Assembly: GCA_036445815.1 (NCBI GenBank)
Contig: JAZFRU010000270.1
Location: 1-40,267 of the forward strand
Reading direction: 5' to 3'
Origin: Acidobacteriota bacterium
GTDB taxonomy: Bacteria; Acidobacteriota; UBA6911; RPQK01; JADFOI01
DNA: 40,267 nucleotides
Below the pieces are notes generated by a model that saw only the letters and a program-made list of their open reading frames with translations, was not told the origin of the DNA and did not search any database. A program made the position numbers and the translations under genes. This document shows positions 18,273 to 25,259 of the stretch, piece by piece. Within the stretch, counting starts at the first letter, position 1; the number at the start of each line of letters is the position of its first letter.

Positions 18273-18464
18273 TTCTCACATCTTCTCGTCACGAAGCGGC
18301 GCCGCTTTCATCTGAGCGAAGCGAAGAAAGGGCCGGCCTGACATGGCGCGTAACCCACAAGCGGGTCGCGCAACACAGTCGGGACGGATCATGGCGCCGA
18401 TGCGGTAGAAGGGGTTTGGGACATGCGGGCCAGGCATTGGGCTCTTTTCAACGGGGTTTCAGGG
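18273..18464. repeat. Stand-alone copy (B) of the module that is nested in copy A; it fills the whole rpsT-arginase spacer
   Basis: By hand alignment, two blocks are near-identical to copy A. The first is TCGTCRCGAAGCGGYGCCGCYTTCATCTGAGCGAAGCGAAGAAAGGRCCGGCCTGACA. The second is CAACACAGTCRGGMCGRATCATGGCGCCGATGCRGTAGA. A variable hairpin of different length separates them. Confidence 0.8.
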
Positions 18465-18731
18465 TCAGGAAGCGGATTCGTTCAAGCGCTTGGTCAGTCG
18501 GGACTTGTACCGTGCAGCCGCATTGGAATGAATGATCCCTTTTTGAGCGGACCGATCGATCACAGCGTAGACAGCCTTCAACAACTCGCGGGCCTCATCT
18601 GTCTTCTTCTCGCTGAGGAGCTGCCGGAATCTTTTGATCTCTGTTCTCATCTGACTGCGTCTCTGGCGATTCCTGTCACGCCTGACCTCATTTTGACGCA
18701 TTCGCTTTACGGCCGACTTCATATTGGGCAT
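18465..18731 (-). CDS. rpsT: 30S ribosomal protein S20
   Basis: The start is set at the internal ATG (MPNMKSAVKRMRQNE...), which has AAGGAG 9 nt upstream. The protein is 88 aa and basic, a typical S20 sequence. Confidence 0.9.
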   Translation of the reverse strand: MPNMKSAVKRMRQNEVRRDRNRQRRSQMRTEIKRFRQLLSEKKTDEARELLKAVYAVIDRSAQKGIIHSNAAARYKSRLTKRLNESAS

Positions 18732-18765
18732 AAAAGGCTTCTCCTTACCAATTCCAGAGCGTTCA

Positions 18766-19638
18766 TTATAGGGTTTCGCTCCGGCAGGTGTCAACGATCA
18801 CCCGTTCCAGATGAATCTTGGGATCGCCACTGGTGGTCTTACACAATCGATCAGTCTCACGCAGACGAATCAGAATTTGAACCAGGACCTCATGGGAACA
18901 ACCTCGGATATCTCTTTCCCTGCCCTTGTAACTCCAAATCTTCAACTCAGTCAAGATATCCCTGAAGGTTCTTCCCTGGTCGAGCATTTCACGTGCCGCA
19001 AGAACCCTGCGGAAATTCCAGTACAACATGGCTACAATCTGGGGGGAGGCCATTCCCGATTCAAACAACCTGCCCAGAACACGTACAGCAAGCGGAGCAT
19101 CGCCGGCAGCGACCGCACCAATCAGCGCGAAAACATCGTAGTCGCGGGTTTGACGTGTCATCTGTAGAACTGAATCACGGGAAATTTCACGACTTTCCGT
19201 TTCCAACAGGTACAGCTTCTCCAGTTCCGCACTCAGTTGCTGATAATCATCCCCGATCAGTTCCACCAGAGCCTGGGCGGCAGCCTTATCCACCTGATAG
19301 TTCTCGCTCTTGGCCTTGCTCATGATCCAACCTACTGTATTCACTCCCTGAGGCATCTCAATCCTTGGAAGCTTCGACCAAATTCGAGATCGCTTCTTGG
19401 CCTCCAGAATCATGGTCGTGCGAGAAGAAGGGTCCTTGAGGTAGGAGTTCAGCTTATCCTCCGCCAAATGGGCGCTTTTCACATAGATCCACCGGCGAGG
19501 TGCTGCCCATGGCAAAGTCCGGGCCGTATTCAACAGCTCCGAAACGGTATCATGGTTGAGATCATAGACTCTCCAGTTGAAGGTTTCCGTCCCCTCCTCA
19601 ACCTGATCACGACAACATTCAAAGACGCGCTTCTTCAA
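18766..19638 (-). CDS. holA: DNA polymerase III subunit delta (N-terminus probably extends to about 19716-19722)
   Basis: DVFALIGAVAAGDAPLAVRVL..L...G..P..I..ML..FR is HolA-like. The first canonical start is TTG 19638, but the in-frame upstream sequence ...IIEFSEFQKTIQSPEPAYLLITDQDY looks like the conserved HolA N-terminus. See the finding at 19639-19722. Confidence 0.75.
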   Translation of the reverse strand: MKKRVFECCRDQVEEGTETFNWRVYDLNHDTVSELLNTARTLPWAAPRRWIYVKSAHLAEDKLNSYLKDPSSRTTMILEAKKRSRIWSKLPRIEMPQGVNTVGWIMSKAKSENYQVDKAAAQALVELIGDDYQQLSAELEKLYLLETESREISRDSVLQMTRQTRDYDVFALIGAVAAGDAPLAVRVLGRLFESGMASPQIVAMLYWNFRRVLAAREMLDQGRTFRDILTELKIWSYKGRERDIRGCSHEVLVQILIRLRETDRLCKTTSGDPKIHLERVIVDTCRSETL

Positions 19639-19715
19639 ATAGTCCTGGTCTGTGATCAGCAGATAGGCAGGTTCAGGGGATTGGATTGTCTTTTGAAACT
19701 CTGAGAATTCGATGA

Positions 19716-20237
19716 TCAGAATCCTTCCAAAACCGTGGTCACCACACTGGATCCGAAGTCATCGGCAATACGTCTCAAAGCGGGGTTCATTTCAGAAAAG
19801 AAGTTTTTCACATCGATGTTGATGACGTACTGCTCCCGAAAAATGTATTCGTCATTCTTGAATAATATTTCCCCGGTTTGCCGATCCCGCAATTCGACAC
19901 GTGCATTGAGTGTTACCAGAAAGGTAGTCGCAAAGGTTTCTTCGCCAAAAAGGACTGGATTGGCGATCACCTGCGAGATCACCCCCTGAAGAATACTGTC
20001 GGCTTCAGCAGGTTTTCTCGAAACCCGAAAATTCGTTTTTTGAACCAGGGCCCGAATGACAGACTGGGTCAGCAGTTGCTCTACCTTGAAAGTGGTGGTC
20101 TCGTTTTCAAATGGAAGGACTGCAATGGCCGTGATTCCCGTCGGCAGTCGATTCCGAGAGGCCACCCGATAACCGCAGCCCAACTGGCCCGATACTACCA
20201 ACATCACTCCCGCTATAATCCAAGCTGCTAGCCTCAT
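19716..20237 (-). CDS. lptE: LPS-assembly lipoprotein LptE
   Basis: The start is set at the ATG giving MRLAAWIIAGVMLVVSGQLGC-GY, a clean lipoprotein signal with lipobox. The position between leuS and holA is the classical leuS-lptE-holA arrangement. The longest ORF would start at 20297. Confidence 0.7.
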   Translation of the reverse strand: MRLAAWIIAGVMLVVSGQLGCGYRVASRNRLPTGITAIAVLPFENETTTFKVEQLLTQSVIRALVQKTNFRVSRKPAEADSILQGVISQVIANPVLFGEETFATTFLVTLNARVELRDRQTGEILFKNDEYIFREQYVINIDVKNFFSEMNPALRRIADDFGSSVVTTVLEGF

Positions 20238-20325
20238 GCTTTCGTTTGGCGGACCTGTCGTGCTTTCGTGCCTTCGTTTGTTGGTGTCTCTATACATCGT
20301 TCATTTTGCTAGCCCAGTCAGCTGG

Positions 20326-22794
20326 TCAGCTTCCCACCACGATATTCACCAGCTTGTCGGGTACGACGATGACCTTCCGGATCGTTTTACCTTCGATGAG
20401 GGACTTCGTTTTCTCATCCTCCAATGCCAGCGTCTGCATGTCGTCCCTGGAGATCCCCGGCGAAGCGGAGAACCTGGAACGCACCTTTCCATTGACCTGG
20501 ATCACGATAAGCACCCCTTCTTCGCGGGCTAATTCCAGGTCAGCGGTAGGCCAGGGAGTGAAGGTGATCGAGTCAGAATGACCCAGGATCTCCCACATTT
20601 CTTCACAGAAATGGGGCGCGAAAGGAGACAGCAGCAGAGCGATTCCTTCCAGAACCTCCCGGAGAAGCCCCGCTTTCCCTTGATCCTCGCCATCCAGGTA
20701 CTCATAGACGGAATTCAGTAATTCCATGATCGCCGCGATCGCGGTATTCTGATGCATCCGCTCCAAATCGTGCGTCACTTTGCGGACGGTCTGGTGAAAC
20801 TTCCGGAGCAGTGCCCTGTCCTGCTCACTCAGTTCCCGTCCCTCGGCAGCAGTACTGGCCTTGGCATCTTTGACTTTCTCGAGCATTCTCCAGAGCCGGT
20901 TCAAGAAACGAAAGCAGCCTTCCAGTCCTCGATCGCTCCAATCCAGATCACGCTCGGGTGGAGCAGCAAATAAAACAAACAGACGCAGGGCATCGGCTCC
21001 ATACTCCTGCACCACCTCGTCGGGCGAGACCACGTTCCCCCGAGACTTGCTCATGGCTGATCCATCCTTGAGGACCATACCCTGGGTAAACAAGCGACCT
21101 ACCGGCTCATCGAACTGAACCAGACCCAGGTCCCGCATCACCTTGGTGAAAAAACGCATGTAGATGAGGTGTAAGATGGCATGCTCCACCCCCCCGATAT
21201 AGAGGTCTACCGGGAACCAGCAACGGACTGCCTCCTTCTGGATCGGGGCAGAATCGAATTGTGCACTCGTATAGCGGTAGAAATACCAGGAACTGTCCAC
21301 AAAGGTATCCATGGTATCCGTCTCACGACGAGCCTCACCTTGACACTCCGGGCAAGGCACGTTCACGAAGTCAGGTAGATTGGCCAGAGGACTCCCTCCC
21401 AGTTCGGTGCTCTCTATCCTGGGCAAGACGACCGGCAGGTCCTGCTCCGGAACAGGGACAGTCCCACATTTCGGGCAGTGAATCATGGGAATAGGGGTCC
21501 CCCAGTAACGCTGGCGGCTCACACTCCAGTCGCGTAGACGAAAAGTGACTCGCTTCTCGCCAAACCCCTGAGACTGTGCGAATTCCACCATCTTTTCCTG
21601 AGCCGTTCGAGAGGAAAGTCCAGAGAAGTCATCGCTGTCGGCAAGGACTCCATATTCAGTAAAAGCCTGCTCCGGCTCCGGTGGCAACGAACCCTCCTCC
21701 GGTTGAATGACGACCTGTATCGGAAGATGGTACTTCCTGGCGAATTCGAAGTCGCGCTGGTCGTGAGCTGGAACGGCCATGATGGCTCCTGTCCCGTATT
21801 CCATGAGGACAAAGTTGGCAGTCCAGATGGGGATTTTCCTTCCGTTGAAGGGATTTGTGGCATAGCGTCCCGTGAAGATTCCCTTCTTTTCGGTGTCCTC
21901 GGCGGTACGTGAATCCTTTCCCTGACGCCGGATCTCGTCGACGAATTCAGACATCCGGCGGCCAACGGCTGAATCATCCAGACCAGCGATGACCAGGGGA
22001 TGCTCTGGAGCCAGAACCAGGAAGGTCGCGCCAAAAATGGTATCCACACGGGTGGTAAAGATATCGATAGCCGTTTCACCATCCTCCAGCGGGAAACTCA
22101 CTGCACATCCATCCGACCTGCCGATCCAGTTTTTCTGCATGCGCCGAACCTTGTCCGGCCAGTCGCCCAGTTGGTCCATATCTTCCAACAGCTGGTCGGC
22201 ATATTCGGTAATACGGAAGTGCCACTGCTCGAGTTCCCTTTCCGACACCTCGCTCCCGTCACGCCAACAGCAGCCATTGATGACCTGTTCATTGGCCAGA
22301 ACGGTCTGGCATTGGTCACACCAATTCACGGCTCCCTTCCGGAGATAAGCCAGACCTTTTTTGTACATCTGCACAAAAAACCACTGCGTCCACCGATAGT
22401 ATTCCGGAGAACAGGTCGCGGTCTCGCGGGTCCAATCGTAGCTCCAGCCCATTCGCTGGCACTGCTTCTTCATGGTCGCGATATTGTCCAGTGTCCACCG
22501 TTCAGGAGGTATCCCTCTCTGGATGGCTGCATTCTCAGCAGGCAGTCCGAAGGCATCCCATCCAATCGGGTGCAAGACATTCATACCCTGCATTCGCTTG
22601 AACCGGGCAATCGAATCTCCCAGGGAATAATTGCGGACATGGCCGATGTGCAGTGCCCCGGAAGGATAGGGCAGCATCTCCAGGACATAGTAGTGGGCAC
22701 GGGACGAGTCCTCATGGACGACAAATTCTTCGGCTTCAGCCCAGCGCTGCTGCCATTTCTCCTCGGTTGCTATGAAATCGTAACGATCGTTCAT
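20326..22794 (-). CDS. leuS: Leucine--tRNA ligase
   Basis: 822 aa. The class I motifs HIGH (PYPSGALHIGHVRNY) and KMSKS (SAMSKSRGN) are present. Confidence 0.95.
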   Translation of the reverse strand: MNDRYDFIATEEKWQQRWAEAEEFVVHEDSSRAHYYVLEMLPYPSGALHIGHVRNYSLGDSIARFKRMQGMNVLHPIGWDAFGLPAENAAIQRGIPPERWTLDNIATMKKQCQRMGWSYDWTRETATCSPEYYRWTQWFFVQMYKKGLAYLRKGAVNWCDQCQTVLANEQVINGCCWRDGSEVSERELEQWHFRITEYADQLLEDMDQLGDWPDKVRRMQKNWIGRSDGCAVSFPLEDGETAIDIFTTRVDTIFGATFLVLAPEHPLVIAGLDDSAVGRRMSEFVDEIRRQGKDSRTAEDTEKKGIFTGRYATNPFNGRKIPIWTANFVLMEYGTGAIMAVPAHDQRDFEFARKYHLPIQVVIQPEEGSLPPEPEQAFTEYGVLADSDDFSGLSSRTAQEKMVEFAQSQGFGEKRVTFRLRDWSVSRQRYWGTPIPMIHCPKCGTVPVPEQDLPVVLPRIESTELGGSPLANLPDFVNVPCPECQGEARRETDTMDTFVDSSWYFYRYTSAQFDSAPIQKEAVRCWFPVDLYIGGVEHAILHLIYMRFFTKVMRDLGLVQFDEPVGRLFTQGMVLKDGSAMSKSRGNVVSPDEVVQEYGADALRLFVLFAAPPERDLDWSDRGLEGCFRFLNRLWRMLEKVKDAKASTAAEGRELSEQDRALLRKFHQTVRKVTHDLERMHQNTAIAAIMELLNSVYEYLDGEDQGKAGLLREVLEGIALLLSPFAPHFCEEMWEILGHSDSITFTPWPTADLELAREEGVLIVIQVNGKVRSRFSASPGISRDDMQTLALEDEKTKSLIEGKTIRKVIVVPDKLVNIVVGS

Positions 22795-22805
22795 GGTTTG
22801 ATGAG

Positions 22806-22873
22806 CGGTCAGTTCGGAACCTGCCCGCGTTCCAGGTTCCAGGTTCCAAGTTCCACGTTTCCTTCGGTCAGTT
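22806..22873. repeat. Minimal heptamer-array element, copy F, flanked by a 9-bp direct repeat
   Basis: CGGTCAGTT (22806-22814) is followed by CGGAAC, an 8-nt loop, the heptamers GTTCCAG GTTCCAG GTTCCAA GTTCCAC GTTTCCT (22829-22863), one T, and CGGTCAGTT again (22865-22873). The dcd stop codon lies inside the right repeat. Confidence 0.8.
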
Positions 22874-23437
22874 GCCGGCCCCCTCTACTTTCGACAAGAC
22901 AATCCCCTTCTGTGCCTGATACTTCCCTTTTCTATCTCCATAGGATGTACGGCATTCCTCACTGGCTTCGAGAAAAATGAGTTGAGCGATTCCCTCGTTG
23001 GAATACACCTTGACCGGCGACAAACCAGTATTGGAAATCGATACGGTGGCATGCCCTTCCCATTCCGGCTCAAACGGGGTCACGTTCACCAGGATCCCAC
23101 ATCTGGCATAACTGGATTTTCCTGTACAGATGGTCAGAATATTTCTGGGAATTCTAAAGTACTCAACGGACTGGGCCAGCACAAACGATCCACCGGGAAT
23201 CACGCAGTGATCACCTTCAAAATCCTCAAACGACTCTGGGCGAACATCTTTGGGATCCAAGACCAGAGAGTCCCTCTGGCGATAGATCTTGTATTGTCGA
23301 TCCACTCGAAAGTCGTAACCGTAAGAGGAAACCCCGGAAGATATCTCACCCTTTCGGACCTGGGATTCCTGGAAAGGAACAATCATCTGTTGCTCCCTGG
23401 CCATACGAGTAATCCAGTGATCCGGTTTCACACCCAT
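22868..23437 (-). CDS. dcd: dCTP deaminase
   Basis: 189 aa. The N-terminal region ...IVPF....V......S.G.SSYGYD.RV and the overall length are typical of Dcd. Confidence 0.88.
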   Translation of the reverse strand: MGVKPDHWITRMAREQQMIVPFQESQVRKGEISSGVSSYGYDFRVDRQYKIYRQRDSLVLDPKDVRPESFEDFEGDHCVIPGGSFVLAQSVEYFRIPRNILTICTGKSSYARCGILVNVTPFEPEWEGHATVSISNTGLSPVKVYSNEGIAQLIFLEASEECRTSYGDRKGKYQAQKGIVLSKVEGAGN

Positions 23438-23505
23438 ACTACTTTTCTCCTAGTCAACCAAAGAGTCGAAAGTTTATCCGAGTCCAATTATAAAGTCCAA
23501 AATAG

Positions 23506-23534
23506 TTGACAGACCTAATAAAGCCAAGTAAAGT
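23506..23534 (+). promoter_or_regulatory. Sigma-70-type promoter candidate for the HU/IHF gene
   Basis: TTGACA (23506-23511), a 17-nt spacer, then TAAAGT (23529-23534), in the AT-rich divergent spacer. GGAGG at 23551-23555 precedes the GTG start at 23568. Confidence 0.45.
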
Positions 23535-23567
23535 CGAATTAACGGTTTATGGAGGAAATACCAAGCA

Positions 23568-23837
23568 GTGATTAAACAGGATATCGTCAGTTGCGTGGCC
23601 ACCAAGATGGGCATTACCAAGGTGAAAGCGGAGGTTGCTGTTGACTCGGTTTTCGGTGCACTCAAGCAAGCCATGAAGAAGGGCGAGCGCATCGAACTTC
23701 GGGGATTTGGTGTCTTTGTGGTCAAACCCCGCAAGAGTGGTATTGGAAGAAATCCAAGGACAGGCGACGAGGTCCCCATTCCTCCCGGTAAAACCGTTCG
23801 GTTCAAACCGGGCAAAGAAATAAGATTCACACAATAG
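23568..23837 (+). CDS. HU/IHF family DNA-binding protein
   Basis: 89 aa. RGFGVF.V..R..R.GRNPRTGDEV.IP....V.FKPGKE is the HU/IHF arm signature. The start is GTG. Confidence 0.88.
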   Translation: MIKQDIVSCVATKMGITKVKAEVAVDSVFGALKQAMKKGERIELRGFGVFVVKPRKSGIGRNPRTGDEVPIPPGKTVRFKPGKEIRFTQ

Positions 23838-23842
23838 CCGGT

Positions 23843-24831
23843 TTGAATTGGGATCACCCACTTCCTGCTGATCAGTCTTCCGAACTCCCTTACCCGACCA
23901 TCCCCACCCCTCCTGCACCGGAAAAAACCAAGGTAGTCCTCCCGGCCGTGTTGCTTTTGTGCACATTTATCACCAGCTTGACGGCCGGATTTATGTGGCA
24001 TGTCAGGTTTGTCAGCCAAAGTTCCAGTGAACTGGCAGGGCGAATCACCGGGGTCCTGACCAACCCCATGGATCTGTTGAACGGTCTTCCATTCGCTTTC
24101 ACGATCCTGATCATCCTGCTGGCACACGAGATGGGCCACTATCTGGCCTGCCGTTACTACGGGATCAATGCCACTCTTCCCTATGTCATACCAGGACCAC
24201 CGCCGTTCAATCCCTTCGGGACCTTCGGTGCGGTGATCAAGATCAAGTCCCTTTTTGCGGATCGCCGTCAGCTTTTTGATGTTGGAATTGCCGGCCCCCT
24301 GGGGGGGTCATTTTCATCATCCCCGCCTTGATCATCGGAATTCAACAATCCACGGAGATGGTTTTTCAGGAATCGACCCAGCAAACCATGGAGTTCGGTG
24401 AGCCTTTGCTATTCCAACTGGCGACGTCCCTTTTCTTTTCAGGCGGTCCCGATGCGGCGATCCGACTCCATCCCATCGGATGGGCGGCATGGTTCGGCAT
24501 GCTGGCCACCAGTATTAATCTACTGCCCATTGGTCAGCTCGATGGTGGCCACATAATCTATGCACTCTTCGGAACACGCAGCCATCGATTCATTTCCTAC
24601 ACCAGCTTCGGGGCCCTGGTTGGTATCAGCCTTTATTCGTGGCCCATGATGGGATATCTACTGTTCGCCTTCATCCTTCTTTTCCTCGGATTTCGTCATC
24701 CCAGGCCCCGCACCGAGTTCCCCTCGTTGGGACTGAAACGAAAGATCATTGCTTTGATCGGATTCATCATCTTCGTCCTGACGTTCATTCCAGTTCCGGT
24801 CCGAATCATCCAGCACGTGGGCCGCCTGTGA
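23843..24831 (+). pseudogene. Site-2 protease family (M50) metalloprotease, interrupted by a -1 frameshift in a G7 run
   Basis: ORF 23843-24331 carries HEMGHYLACRY (HExxH) and ends ...GIAGPLGG then SFSSSPP-stop. ORF 24328-24831 carries NLLPIGQLDGGH. The second frame is open back to the G run (GGVIFIIPALIIG...). The two halves together make one ordinary M50 protein. Confidence 0.8.
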
Positions 24832-25259
24832 AGTTATCTCCACCCCTTAGGGTCCGGTACTCCCAGGTAGAACAGTCGGACATCGTTCGAGACTACTTCG
24901 GCCCCCTGGGAGCTGAAGAAACTCCTCGTTGTCCTCACTGTGGAGAACTTCTTCACTTTGACACCCGCCAGGTTGCCGGCAGTCAGTTCCAGATGAAGGT
25001 GCAATGTTCAGAGTGCCCCGCGGTTTTTCGCTGGGAGCAGACCGAACCGGAACAGCCCTGGAAACCCCTCTACCTCAAATACTTCGTTGAGGGTTATCAG
25101 GGGAACGATAGAATTCGCTGTCCCCTTGATGACTGCTACATCAGCTACACGGAATTCAATGATGGCGTGGTTGAGTTTCGCTGTCCCTTTTGCAACCGAC
25201 GAGGCAGGGCAACCGTATCGTGTAGTCGTCCGGGCCTCGCTCCGCTCGGCCGCGTTTAA
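24828..25259 (+). CDS. Cys-rich hypothetical protein with several zinc-ribbon knuckles
   Basis: The start is set at GTG 24828, which overlaps the M50 stop (GTGA). The protein is 143 aa. The Cys pairs are CPHCG, CSECP, CPLDDC and CPFC. Its last about 8 codons and its stop codon lie inside repeat copy C. Confidence 0.5.
   Translation: MKLSPPLRVRYSQVEQSDIVRDYFGPLGAEETPRCPHCGELLHFDTRQVAGSQFQMKVQCSECPAVFRWEQTEPEQPWKPLYLKYFVEGYQGNDRIRCPLDDCYISYTEFNDGVVEFRCPFCNRRGRATVSCSRPGLAPLGRV

Noticed and set aside
20238-20297. A 20-codon N-terminal extension of lptE (MYRDTNKRRHESTTGPPNES).
   Set aside because: It would put a long polar segment in front of an otherwise ideal lipoprotein signal peptide. The ATG at 20237 gives a canonical n-h-lipobox layout.
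22000-22980. Long antisense or out-of-frame ORFs lie opposite well-supported genes. Besides this one they include 794-1450, 1679-2437, 9254-10126, 10830-11645, 13766-14389, 23474-24139, 35027-35488 and 38836-39567.
   Set aside because: Each lies entirely within, or opposite, a gene with strong family signatures (leuS, amidohydrolase, UbiD, glyS, glyQ, pssA, HU/M50, MBL, DegT). Their compositions are low-complexity and Arg/Pro/Gly-rich, typical of shadow ORFs.
24639-24827. A longer version of the Cys-rich ORF, starting at 24639 inside the M50 gene.
   Set aside because: That part overlaps the well-conserved C-terminal TM region of the M50 protease in another frame. GTG 24828, overlapping the M50 stop, is the natural coupled start.
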